This document shows, piece by piece, positions 1-36,065 of a DNA stretch of 64,000 nucleotides. Both the position numbers and the translations under genes were made by a program. The notes under the pieces are model-generated. The model made no database searches. It worked only from the letters and a program-made list of their open reading frames with translations, and was not told the DNA's origin. Source of the stretch: Magallana gigas (taxonomy: Eukaryota); contig NC_088859.1 of NCBI RefSeq assembly GCF_963853765.1, forward strand, positions 10,912,001-10,976,000, written 5' to 3'. How positions within the stretch are numbered: position 1 is the first letter of the stretch; each line of letters begins with the position of its first letter.

Positions 1-26
1 CAGTTTCAATCCTCTTATGGACTGAC

Positions 27-234
27 TACTGTAGATTCCTAATTTAAAACGAGGAATAAATATTTGCATTAAATCATAAGAAACTCATCTCACAAATTTT
101 GAAATCTCACTTTTATTTTTCAGACGGCTCTAAACTAAGTTAAACAAGATAAAAATTGTGCATTCGCAATTTCATATTCTCGCGATTTGATGCAAAATAA
201 ATTAATACTCGCGTAAAATAAGAAATCTACAGTA
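27..234. mobile_element. MITE with TA-flanked terminal inverted repeats
   Basis: Left end TACTGTAGATTCCTAATTTAAAACGAG; right end reverse-complements to TACTGTAGATTTCTTATTTTACGCGAG; TA at both ends (Tc1/mariner-type signature). Confidence 0.75.
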
Positions 235-235
235 A

Positions 236-960
236 CTGGCACACACAGCTAAAACTTGTCTCCAAAACCAGACTCCATATCACACAGTGCCACACATAAC
301 TTTAATTAACTATTTAACTGCACACATAGTTACAGCCGTCATCTAACAGACACATAGCTACTATCAGCTATCACAAATCACGCAACAAGATTCCATGGCA
401 CATCCAGCTTCATCTTCTTTTATAATTCGATAGTGCAATTAGCTAGAGTAATTTCTGTAAGAGACTTTACAAAGCACATAATTAGCTACTCATCTCTTCA
501 AAAGACCCATAGTATGCATGTTACACTCATCTCTTTCACGGAGTCACGCTGCTACACTCGGTCAACAAACTTTAAAGCAAGATAGCTATGCTAATTCACC
601 ATACTCAAATACATGGAATTTTGTTTTCATATAAGTGTCTGACTAGAAGACTTACTCATCTATTCAATAAGCTGACTCTAGACTCTAAAGCATGCACAGC
701 TACAACCTTAATCAAACTTGATAGCACACATAGTTACACTTACACCCAAGAACACCTGTCTCTTAAACTAACTACCGGTATATCCAGCTACACTTATCTC
801 TTCAAAAACTTGATATCCCACCCATCTATAATAAATTAGAAGACAAACACAACAGCACACTTAGCTATGATCATCTCCTTAATGGACTTGATAGCATACA
901 CAACAACATCAATCTCTTCACCATTCAAAATAGCGCAAATGTCTTTCTCACTGGATGACA
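236..960. repeat. Highly degenerate minisatellite-like tract
   Basis: Recurring motifs acacatagcta / cagctacact / atctcttcaaaa with no fixed period; intronic in the PHYKPL-like gene. Confidence 0.55.
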
Positions 961-978
961 AGAAGGGAGAGCACTCAC

Positions 979-5330
<4,352 letters not shown>

Positions 5331-5860
5331 TTTGCGTCTTTGATCATCAGTTGTCTTCAAAAGAAATCAAGCGAATGATCTCATTTATCGAGTATCACAC
5401 AGACAGAGCGTCTGGAATCGATGCCATCTTCGTGACTGTCAACTCAGATCAACACCGGATCAAATAGGAACTAGTTTACAAACATTGGGAACCAGTTACT
5501 TGTAACATTGCGAAATCGACATCGACTGCACATACTGATGCATGTGACTGCACATACTGATATATGTGCTACATCAGGAGATATAAATAACTTGTGTCTG
5601 TAAACATGTAATGACAGGGACGTAGCATCCCTTTTTTTTTAGGAGGGGGGGGGATCCAAAATCTTTAAAGAAAACCTTCGCCGCAAAAATCCACCGGGGG
5701 GGGGGGGGGGGGGTAGCGATCGAAGTATCTATACCTGTACGTATTCCTATGTACATACAAAAATGTGAAGTGCATAAAATTTGTTGTTAATTCTCTACAT
5801 CGGAGAGTCGGAGGGGTGCCCAACACCCCCGACCACTTTTCTCACAGCCGTTTACATATA

Positions 5861-6735
5861 AACAAGATCGAGTCACATGGGCCATATCGCTCACTAAAGC
5901 AACACTACTGTATACATATTAAAATCACATTTATGGAGTCGTATACAAAATATCTGAACAATGTGGTATAAAAGATCCTGTATAAAAATATCCCTGCATA
6001 TTCTTATGTTTATCATTGACTGCGGCCCCTTTGTAACGGGGTGGTTTTACAGTAATATCACATACATTGTATTTGGGCATTGTAGTTCTCCAGATGATCT
6101 TAGATGATCCTATGTAAAAATATGACGACCCCCCCCCCCCCCATTGTGGCCCAACCTACCCCTGGGGGTCATGGTTTTAACAAACTTGAATCAACCTTAC
6201 CTGAGAATGCTTCCTCTCACAAGTTACAGCTTTTTTGACTGAATGCATTCGGTTTCCAAAAAAGATTATTAAAGATTTAATTCTCTCTATATATTCCTAT
6301 TTAAAAATTCGATCTTTCCCATTGTGTCTCCATCCCTCCTCATGATTTGAACAAATTTGAATCTAACCTCCTGGAGGATGCTTCCACACAAGTTACAACA
6401 TTTCTGGCTGATTTGTTTCTAAGAAAAAGAATTTTAAAGATTTTTTTAAAGATGTTTTCCTATGTATAAATTCGACATGCACCCCCCCCCCCAATTGTGG
6501 CCCCACACTACTCCCAAGGTAATGACATTCTACACTAACGGAAGGAGCTTCCACACAAGTTACAGCTTTTCTGGTTGATTTGTTTTAGAGAAGATTTTTT
6601 GAAATATTTGTTTTATATATATTCCTATGTAAAAAAAAAAAAAAAATCAACCCCTCCCCCCATTGTGGCCCACCGACAAAAAGTGATCAGAAAAGTCAAC
6701 TTTTAATTGAGCTTTCAGCTCAGGTGAACTAAAAA
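5861..6735 (+). mobile_element. Helentron/HINE-type non-autonomous element containing about 3 Cg170-like satellite monomers
   Basis: 5' end aacaag..catgggccatatcgctcac. Three ~170-bp units (ccccattgtggccc..aacaaacttgaatc..cctgag(a/g)atgcttcc..acaagttacagc..ctatatattcctatgtaaaa). 3' end gagctttcagctcaggtgaactaaaaa. Family assignment is from recall. Confidence 0.8.
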
Positions 6736-6937
6736 TTAGATAAGAATGGAGCCCCCCCCCCTCCTCTTTTTTTTTGGGGGGGGGGGGGGCACTAATAAAT
6801 CAAGCAGAAGTGAAATAAGGAACTCAACAGTGAAATTGAACAGAATGAGTAGAATTTTTACGGTTTTGAGTTTTGAGCCCCCCCCCCTTTTTGGCCAAGA
6901 TGCTGCCTCCACTTAATCAGAGTACTGGAGAAATGAC

Positions 6938-7587
6938 GGGAGTTGATTTTGTCGATGTTTATTTTAAAATCAATGATATGTTATTTTGCATGACAAGTAC
7001 ATGTAGTTTCTAATTTGTATTTGAATTACGCACATTTTTATGATATGAATTTTTGGACTTTTTTGACCAGAATGTCGAGAAACCCCCATATGAATCATGT
7101 TAAATAATATTTAAAGATCAAATTTATTCAATCAAACTATGTTTCAGTAATAGAAATATTTCTCGAAAATTGTATGGATCCAAGCAATATTGAACTCTAG
7201 TTTCGTTCAACCAAACGCTCGGCTGACACCGTAAATCTCCAACAAGCAAGAGAGACTCTCTGCTTGTCGGATATTTACGGAGACAGCCGAGCGTCGAGTT
7301 GAACGAGAGTTGAACGAGACAATATTGAACTCTGCATGGCGTAGGAATACATACGACTACAAAAATATCTAAATTGTTCGTACCATTTAAAATCTGACTA
7401 TTTTCAAGGTATTAATAAATAAGTTTCCTTGAAAAACAATGCTTTAGCATACATTACATCGAATTTATCAATTTTTTTCAAGAACTAAGTCTTGTCAGCA
7501 GCGATGATTTGTGCTGAGGTCCAAACACTGTTTCACTTTTGGTTTGTCTAAGTAACTGCATAGGAGAGTTGATTAAAATCAACTCCC
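6938..7587. mobile_element. Non-autonomous TIR element
   Basis: 13-bp perfect inverted termini GGGAGTTGATTTT / AAAATCAACTCCC; no ORF; hosts a nested hairpin insert. Confidence 0.5.
7198..7321. mobile_element. ~120-bp palindromic insert with long flanking direct repeat
   Basis: Arms cgttcaac..acgctcggctg..ccgtaaat..caagca and tgcttg..atttacgg..cagccgagcgt..gttgaacg. ATATTGAACTC is duplicated at 7187-7197 and 7322-7332. Confidence 0.75.
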
Positions 7588-8354
7588 AAAAACGACGCTA
7601 AGTGCCTGGATTTTTGTACTTGCTCCCAAAATTGATGGGGAACACCTCCAAAATTCAATTTTTAATACGTAAATGGTAATTTAAAAATTGTTTGTTGCTT
7701 AAAACATTTGCAGCTACACCATGAATGGAAAGAAAGATTCCCAAATCGAACCTTAAACAGTTATATTGACATGTTCCAGTGTCTTTGCCTGTGATAACAC
7801 TATGTATCGATTTTGTACTATATAACCCATAACTTCAAATTTGGGCGCCAGCGGGGTGTGTTTATTTATATTTAAATATTTAATTGTACAATTGCTTAAA
7901 ATTATATAAATATAAGGAATAAGGAATCATTCTTTGAGCAATATGAGGTGATAATTTCTGTCGGGGCGTGATTCATTATTCCTTAAAAAAAAAGATCTTT
8001 CAACAATTAAAGTAGACAAGACATTCGCGCATTCTCAATGCATAAGAACAGGGATAAGAATCAATTGTCTGGAAATTTAAATTATAAATATGCGATCTTT
8101 TGGGGTATAAATTCCATTTCAATAGTTATATAATTTATTAGCGCGACGTGACAAACAACATGTAGCAAACAAATCACCAGCTGTACTGAGCGATCCGTGT
8201 AGAAACAGATGTCAATTAATCGTCATGCATATCGTTCTGTTAGACTAAATTGTAAATTATTGTAGTCAAGCCGCGTACCCTTTATTATTTATGAACTCGG
8301 ATTTAAAGAAAATGACGACACTCATTATTGTAATATACTAACAATAAATTGTTT

Positions 8355-8452
8355 TCTTTGGTGATTTACGAGGGTATGAAGAGTTTGCAGAAAAAATACA
8401 CAACCCGCGTTATCAGGTAGGTTAGGTATTTTTTTCTGCAATGGTCGCTACC
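8355..8452. repeat. Truncated copy of a hairpin repeat family (see 11502-11630)
   Basis: tctttggtgatt..tatgaag..tgcagaaaaaatacacaacc..gtatttttttctgca.tggtcgctacc is shared with 11502-11630. Confidence 0.6.
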
Positions 8453-8826
8453 TTTTAAGAGAGCCTGCATGTATTTATCGATGTGGAACACCTTTAACAC
8501 ACTTCAAAACGTATTGCTAGATTTGTTACATTTTCATTAATTTTTTTTAACTGAACTGGACCAGCAGTGTGGATCGCCTTTTGTTTGTGTTTGTTCCCAT
8601 TATACAAATCACATATCGTATTGATCTAAAAAACTCAATGACCTGGGTAAATGTTATACAAGTATCAGTAATGAGAGGGTCATGGGTCACTTAGCTAACC
8701 CGGTCAACTTTTTATAACCCTGACTTACATGTATCAGGTAGCTTTATCAAATAAAAATTCAATTACTACAATAGAAATGAAATAGTTTAAATATATAATT
8801 ATTATTTTTAATTACTAGAATATATA

Positions 8827-10472
8827 TACTAGACCCCCATCATACGGCATTTCAGAACGCGGAGGACTCTGCAGAACGCGGAGCAGTGTTTAGTTCACAC
8901 GGAAAAAGCTGAGATCTTTAACTTTCCTTCTAACTCGATCATAAAATGTTTAATTGAAATTTCTTTTCAGTCTAAATCATAAAGGGATGATCAAGCTTTC
9001 AAATTATACAAAATTCTAACAAATCGAAAAAGATTTCTTTTCCGCCGTTGGTGTTTAAATATTAAAATATAGTCGATAATATTTGTAAACAAAACACTTC
9101 AGTAACAAAAGTAACTGCTCAAAGCCATTTCAACGCAATTTTAAGGAATAAAAATCTGTCAAAATTATTAATCTACATTTTATTCAATTTTCAACTTATT
9201 ATCTTAACTTTGTAATGAATTATGGGCTTTTAAAGGGAACAGGGTCGACAAAAATTGGACCGTACGAACGCGGATGTTGGTTCTGTTCAAAGCCATTTCA
9301 ACGCAATTTTAAGGAATAAAAATCTGTCAAAATCATTAATCTACATTTTATTCAATTTTCAACTTATTATCTTAACTTTGTAATGAATTATGGGCGTTTA
9401 AAGGGAACAGGGTCGACAAAAATTGGACCGTACGAACGCGGATGTTGGTTCTGCTGAATTTAAGCCAAATAAACTACGTAGACATCCGTAGCCTACATTT
9501 TTAATGCTAATCAACAAATTCAAGATTACTATCTTAATAATCACTTTGTAATAAAAATGAAATTTACTTTATTGGGCGACAATTTGTTGATCCTATAAGT
9601 TACTGTGAATTTTAACGTGTGTCTCCGCTTGAAATTAACAATTTATTTCGATGTAGTAAGTCTTTAGTTGAATATTTGCAATTGACATAGCGACTAAACC
9701 TGCATCCGTTGAATAACGATTTTGACAGATTTGTATTCTTTACAATGGCGTTGAAATGGCGTTCAGCCGTTACACTTGTTACTTAAAAAATTTGTTTGCA
9801 AAAATTATGGAAGATTTTCATGTTTAAACACCAACAGCGGAAAAGCTTCTCTCTCGATTTGTTAGAATTGTGTACCATTTGAAAGCTTAATAATCCCTTT
9901 AAGAATTAGACTTTAGAGAAATTTCAGTTATGTTCTCCTTCGTTTCACTCATCCAAACATAAAGTATTTCTATTCTAAGTATTTTATAAATAACAACAAC
10001 ACAGGTGTTAGAGTGAGTGAGCTATCAACCAGTTTATTCGCCGTAATATACAATCAGCACGCGACTTTAATAGCGATGAACCGGAATTACGCCCAATAAT
10101 TGTATATTTCCAAATATATCTACAAAATACAATGTAAATTTCATATATAAATACATATCAATTATACTTCATCATACGCACATGTACCTATAAACAAAAA
10201 CAAAAAAATCGTGTTCGAAAGGGTTGATTGCTCTTCGATGACCTGTCTATACCTGATCGGTTCTATATATACTACATCCAAACAACTACTTGTATAACTG
10301 CGCTAAAAGAAGTAGTCCGTGAAAAATACAACTTAAAGAAATTTATTTAAACATTTTATGAGCGATTTTGAAGGAAAGTTAAAGACCCTAGCTTTTCCGT
10401 GTGAAATAAACACTGCTCCGCGTTCTGCAGAGTCCTCCGTGTTCGGAAGAGCCGTATGATACGGGTGTACTA
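8827..10472. mobile_element. 1.65-kb foldback DNA element with long imperfect TIRs
   Basis: The termini match as inverted repeats (cc..atcatacggc..ggaggactctgcagaacgcggagcagtgttta.ttcacacggaaaa.gct). Inner arms 8960-9170 match 9700-9915 inverted. Internal 168-bp tandem duplication at 9119-9286/9287-9453. TA-rich flanks. Confidence 0.8.
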
Positions 10473-10521
10473 TATATAGCTAGTAACATCGGGGCACTCA
10501 ACCATCCAGCCACATCTCAAC

Positions 10522-11268
10522 AAAGAAGATGGGTGGATAAGGCGTGTAAAATGCCCATACGCGGTCGGACAGGCTACTAAAAGATTAAAGTATCAACAAA
10601 TCTGATGGGTTTTTTTTAAAGTTATTTAAAACAATATATATTTAACGAATCATTGATTTGTAACCTGTAGGTATGTTCAATACTTGGAATATGTTGACTC
10701 AAACAGGCGTATACGTATCAAAACCTGCAAATATTGTCATTTTTTAGAACTTCAAGGCATTTTCTTTTATAGAGTGGGTCTGTGCTCCATATTTTTCTCA
10801 TAGTCTAATTAAGGTCTAATGGAAAACAAACCGATTTCAATCAACAAAAACGTGGAGAGATGACCCACTATACATAAAAAATATCATTTTGTATCCCAAC
10901 AACTGAACGTATTGAAAAAATAATACAAGTCCGGTAATTCGTGACCTTAGTCACACATAATATTTAAAAAGCCACCTTTGTTGTGTCTGAAATGGCTCAG
11001 TGGTTAGAGCACCTGGCATAAGCTAACCGTATATATCTAGGGTTTTTATGTTACGGGTTCGATACCACCAAAATTTCCGACAATATTTTATTTTCTTATT
11101 TTTTGTTAAATATATTAAAAACTGACTATAGTTAGAAATTTTGCTTTTGCAAAGTTGTATTATAATATATTTGAATAGATTTAATTGGGGAAAAATAAAT
11201 TTAAAATTGTATTTCACTACTAAACCGAATGGGCATTTGCGCCATCTTATTCCCCCATCTTCAAATTT
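10522..11268 (+). mobile_element. ~750-bp dispersed repeat, copy 1 (copy 2 at 60633-61387)
   Basis: Co-linear with 60633-61387 and highly similar by eye (roughly 95%). GAAGATGGG near the start and CCCATCTTC near the end form a short inverted pair. Confidence 0.9.
10985..11070 (+). promoter_or_regulatory. tRNA-derived Pol III internal promoter (A box + B box) inside the 750-bp repeat
   Basis: A box TGGCTCAGTGG at 10993-11003, D-arm-like GCTC/GAGC, B box GGTTCGATACC at 11056-11066, T-rich tract about 20 nt downstream. The acceptor stem does not pair, so this is not a functional tRNA. Confidence 0.6.
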
Positions 11269-11501
11269 AAACAAGTCAAGAATACATTGTCGGGATGTCA
11301 AAGGCCGTTTCACGTTAACCAAATAATTATCGTCTGATACTTGTAAAGGGGAAGGGGGGGGGGGGGGGGTTGTAACCACGAGGACAACCTCAACGCATCG
11401 TAGCCGTGATGAGCATATGGTATTGGAGTTTGGAATGTCAATCGTTTTCTTAATTTTCTTAATAGGGGCCAACTGATATTTGACCAAGGGGGAAAATTCT
11501 T

Positions 11502-11630
11502 TCTTTGGTGATTCATGCGTGATATGAAGGTGGTGACATTGCAGAAAAAATACACAACTCACGTTAGAGGATTATGTATATTTTTTCTGCCATGATCGCT
11601 ACCCTCATAACCCGCATGAATCACCAAAGA
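11502..11630. repeat. Hairpin repeat, fuller copy of the 8355-8452 family
   Basis: Inverted arms tctttggtgattcatgcg..gcagaaaaaatac and gtatattttttctgc..cgcatgaatcaccaaaga. Confidence 0.7.
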
Positions 11631-12868
11631 TAGCATTTTATTGTTTATATTTACCTCTTTCTTTTAACGAATTCATAAATTGGCTTTTAAACAAAAATAA
11701 GTAAAATTAACTAAATTACTGTTAGTGTACATCAGTACGTTAGATAAAAGAAACAACCAAATCGTTTCCTATAGGAATATGCTTCTGACATCAACATGAT
11801 TACTTCGTGCAGTCTGTGATTTTTTTCGGTCAATCGATAAACGGGGCGTGTACATTTCAGTCTGGCTGATTCTATAGAGCTTTATGAATTAACTATACTT
11901 GTTCGTAAAAAATAGAGGGTATCATACTCGGTATATAGTATACGTATATAACTTCAGGGAAATTATATTTCCCCCCAAATTAATGTTTCAGGGGGTGGAT
12001 GGGACAGGAGTGAGGGTCATGAGATTAAAAAATACTACCCTCTCCCTACAGTTTCTTTCTACATACCAAGGATGCAAAATCTTGGCTCCGTACTTTGTAT
12101 TTGAGAAGAAATTTTTAAAAAAATGAACAATGGACACTGGACGAAGACACGCTGGAATACTCTGTTGACATGTAAAAAAAATACTCTAAAAAAATAATCT
12201 TCTAAATCATATTGTAGTGTTGTAGTCCACATTTTTCTTACGGTAAGTAAAAATATCATAAGCATAAATTCCAGTGTGGCCTTTTCAGGGAGGTTGTACA
12301 TGTTCCACCTGGAAAACGAGAAGGGGGGGGGGGGGTTAAGAAGTATTCCCATGTGTGTGTGATACGTTAACTAAGCGGAAATGAAAATGGATTTGAAGCG
12401 AAAATGCAACTTATAGCTATCAGCCCCACTCGGAACTACTCGGATGTCTCGCGCACTCGACATTGTATGGAGCGTAGCGGAATCAGCCGAGGATTGCCGA
12501 TTGCTATCAGCCCGCTAAAATTATACTACCGGTATATAGGACGCACCTAAAAGATGAAGTCTGGAATGTCGTCTGAACCTGTATAGAAAGTCCTATTTAC
12601 TGTACTATATACATGTAATGCTACGTGACCAATGCATAAAACGTTTAACGTGTACAACTAGGCCACTTGGTTTCATCAAAAAATTGTCAAAAATATATGA
12701 TAAGACCTAAATGATTTTGATTTTGATTTTTTGAATGCGTTGAAAGTTTTCATTACTCTAAACTATAGCTATATACATACTGAATCGAATCATATGCTAG
12801 TTTAATTTATGAAATGCAAGCAAGTTCAATTGGAGTTCCTGAGCTCCTAGTATTTGCGTCATTCTTGC

Positions 12869-13020
12869 GTGTTCAATAAATTTGTTGATATTGACCAATT
12901 AGTGTTCAATATATTTGTTGATATTGACCAATTAGTGTTCAATATATTTGTTGATATTAGTGTTCAATATATTTGTTGATATTGACCAATTAGTGTTCAA
13001 TATATTTGTTGATATTGACC
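12869..13020. repeat. 33-bp tandem minisatellite, about 4.5 copies
   Basis: Unit gtgttcaatatatttgttgatattgaccaatta; one copy is internally deleted. Confidence 0.9.
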
Positions 13021-13825
13021 ATTTAGGGGTTTTTACATCTGCTAAAAGTTTAAGGCAAGTTTTTGTTTCAACTACCCTATTACTATAAGCATGACCTGCC
13101 AATCAGCCCAAAGAAATTAAGATTTGCCACATGGAAAACGCCTCTTTTACTCAATCGTTTCTATTCAAAATTCTGAATTCGTCTGAAATATTTCATAAGC
13201 GAAATAATTGCAGATTACAAATCTGTTGTATATCTTTCCATGGAAATGAGATCATTCGACTAAAAGTTGTTACTTTACATAAACCGTACATGTGTTTCAT
13301 GATGTAACTATACTTGTTTACATCGATTTGTTGAGAGCCTTATGGTCAATCATGATACCTGAACAGTTTTTCTATGACTGTCATAATTTATTGATTACAT
13401 AGGATTAAAATTGTGTAGGTAACTTTCTAAAGACTTGTCAACATAATTCATACTTATTTACCATTCTCCATGGCAACATTATTTTGTAAGAGAGAAAATC
13501 AATTTAAAGCGATATTTTCAAAATGATTTTGGCATTTTAAGGTAAAATAACACACTTGGAAAAAGTCACTCAAATTAACAATAAATTATTTGATTATGAA
13601 ATATAAAATGATAAATAAATTGTACGTATATTAAATAAGCGAACATTTGAGAGTTTGGTGATAAAAAATTAATATCTAAAAAAAAATCAATATAGTAAGT
13701 AACAACATGTACGGATCACAAGCCCAACACTTTATTCACCCGGCTATGGAGCAAGTTACATGCTGCCGTCAATCCTTTTAATTAAACAAAATGTCGTTTC
13801 GATTAGAGGTCAGCCATTTTGTGAT

Positions 13826-14180
13826 GGGGGCATGGCGCATAGTCACGATTTTCGTCAAATTCAATTTTACTGTTTTTATTATTTACAATGCTTAAGGAAT
13901 GTATTTCTAATGATCAAATGAAGTCAAGCGTAGAGTTATAAGCGGAGTACAAGGCTCACAATTCTTTGTCATGTAAACGAGGCTCGTGCTTTGTATTTGT
14001 TTACATAGTTTCATTTTACCAATAAAGATCTTTTTCAAACTGATTTGTCTATCTTCTTATTCATTTTAAGCATAAATAATCAGTCCCTAACATTTAACAC
14101 ATTCATTTTTAGGTCTAAAACAGGAACTTTCACTTCAACATTCAATTGAAACAAAAGCTTTTTTGACCACGCCCCTTTAA
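13826..14180. mobile_element. Kolobok-like non-autonomous element
   Basis: Left end ggggcatgg..agtcacgatt; right end gaccacgcccc followed by TTAA. The inverted GGGGC(A/G)TGG termini and TTAA site resemble oyster Kolobok-type elements (recall). Confidence 0.6.
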
Positions 14181-16390
14181 AACTGAAACAATATAATATT
14201 GGAAGTTCTTAAGCTTTATATAAGACCACACCAAATCACATTCCATTTTGGGGTTTTTAACAAATTTAAGTCATGGCAGATGCATTAAACTCAAATAGAA
14301 AAGAGAAGGATGGAGAATTATGGAGGAGGCTTACATAGGCATTGCCTGCTGCCTAATCCATTTATTTAAATGTATATTTGCATAATAAAATATGCTCAAA
14401 TCAAATAAAATAAAATGGAAAAGAGAACAAAAGAAAGCAGTATTTAGTAAGAAATATATTTTTCCCCACAATAAACAATTGGTTTTAATTCACACAAAAA
14501 AATTTCCAAAACAGCAGATTCCACACTGAAAATAAACAAATCATTTACATGGTAAACAAACTAAAATGCCTAAAGAACAATGGATAAAACCCATAATATA
14601 ATAGTATACATGTATAAGTATATATAAGTATTGATTGTCTAGCCACCTTGTAGACAAAATCAAAGTACTGAGATATATGCTGATATTTTGATGGATAGAG
14701 TTTCATTACTTATTAAACATGTTAAATAGGATATATATACGATTGTCAAAAAAAGATGTAACAATTTGTTAAACAATTAAAAAAAGACTACGATTGTTTG
14801 AAAAGTTCCAATCAACTTTTAGTTATTTGCATAAAAAGTAGTTTTTTGTAGTTTCTGAGAAAAGATTTGTACAAAATATCAATAAGACCATATCTACATT
14901 GGGAATAATTGTTCTCTCTTGAAGCTATAGTAAAATAAATATAAAATATGGTACATATACTAAAATAATACAATATTTGGGGAAACAATAACAAAAATTA
15001 AATAATTCTTAACACATGTATACATATCCTGTATGTATGTAATAAAATAAAATAAAAAATGTATAGATTGACATACAAAGGCTACGTATTGCAACAAAAA
15101 ATAAATGTGGTCTAAATTCCTTGACCAAAGAAAAAATAAGCGCCACATTATGCTAATGTTTATTGATCCAAATAATTGAATTGAGAAGCTTCCTATATTT
15201 CTAAGTAGAGTCTGTTAGTCAATAAAGAGGTGTGCATTAATGATATAAACATGTAATGACCTATGATCAATGATCCCAAAACATTTATCAATAATTCAAT
15301 CAATAATTTATCAATAATATGTGTGAACATTATTATGTATAACTATAAGAATTAATGAACCACATAATTTCAATTGCGTCATGGCAACATGCATCAAATG
15401 AAGCAAGAACTACATTAGGAGAACTCTCCTTGGTTGTGTCACCATTATGAAACCATCAAATGATTCAACAAAAGTTTATAATTGGTAATCTGCATTTTGA
15501 TATAAGTAGTTGTGTTTTCAGGTCTAACTTTGGTCCCTCGACAATAGCAAAATATTATGACCCACAATAAAAACACACAGCTGTAACATTCTTGTTTTCA
15601 TTTCCTAAAATGTGTACGTCTTCAATAAACCTCGTGGATGATCAACCTAAAAATTATAACAATTCAATAATCAAACATCTCATTTTTATATGTTTATAAC
15701 ATGCAATATTTCAACAAATATCATAATATACTAGCAAGACACTAATGGTGAGCTTTTCATTTCTGCTATTTATTCTGTTTCTTACAGCAGCTTTGCATGC
15801 AGTTCTCTCCCTTGTTAGTAGACACTGTCTACAATTTACATGCAGATTTCTTATTCATCTTATTTCTACAGTTACAGCAGGGACTTGCTACCAAAAGCCC
15901 TGTAGCCCTACATATACATACATTAGAGAGATGGCTTCTAGCACAGAGGTGGAGTATGATATACATGGATTGATATATAAAAAGACTGGAGAACATGTGG
16001 AATAGATGTATGAGCTAACGATATGATCTACAAGATTTAACGCTACTGTGTATGTACCAAGACTGATGAAAGATCTTTATAAGAGGGTCTTAGCAGAGCT
16101 TTGGAAGTGTGAAAACCTTACCAGTATCTTTGATATTTTCATTCTAGTGTCTTTAATTAGTATTTAATAATCTTTTGAGTGTCACAAGAGAAGAATTTGT
16201 GAGTGATTTTGACATATAATTTCCACAGTATCTGATTTACAAATCATGATGTTTTAGTCATGCATGATATAGATTGATCAGAGAGACACTAAGCACTCTA
16301 CAGGAGCACTGTTGTATACAGGTGTCAATCACAGCAGGGGACAGGTTCTGTCCCCGCCCAGACAGGAAGTATACCTTTCTGCCTCCCCTC

Positions 16391-35882
<19,492 letters not shown>

Positions 35883-35899
35883 GTTGTCACCGTCTCCAC

Positions 35900-36065
35900 T
35901 GTCTAGTAAACAACGCCACGTTCGACGGAAAACCCCTTATATCCTTATCACTGGAGGCCGCCTATATCACTTCCGTCTGTATTTTCGTCGTCTGATTCCA
36001 AGAGTTAAGTGTCAATCTGTCCAGGATACGCTTCTGTGTGTTTGATTACTAAACTCCACGTTGGG
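35900..36065 (-). promoter_or_regulatory. GFAT proximal promoter/5' UTR motifs
   Basis: GTAAACA (FOX-type) at 35906-35912; GCCACGT at 35915-35921 and CCACGT at 36056-36061 (XBP1/ATF6-type ACGTGG core); CACTTCCG (ETS-type) at 35968-35975. All lie within 180 nt of the ATG. Confidence 0.4.

Noticed and set aside
10985-11070. Intron-containing tRNA-Leu(TAA)
   Set aside because: No acceptor-stem pairing, A instead of the invariant U33, and a broken T stem; kept only as a tRNA-derived promoter.
11023-11562. 179-aa ORF and its near-identical partner at 61142-61408
   Set aside because: Antisense read-through of the 750-bp repeat. The shared peptide reflects DNA duplication, no protein family is recognisable, and the ORF crosses the element boundary.
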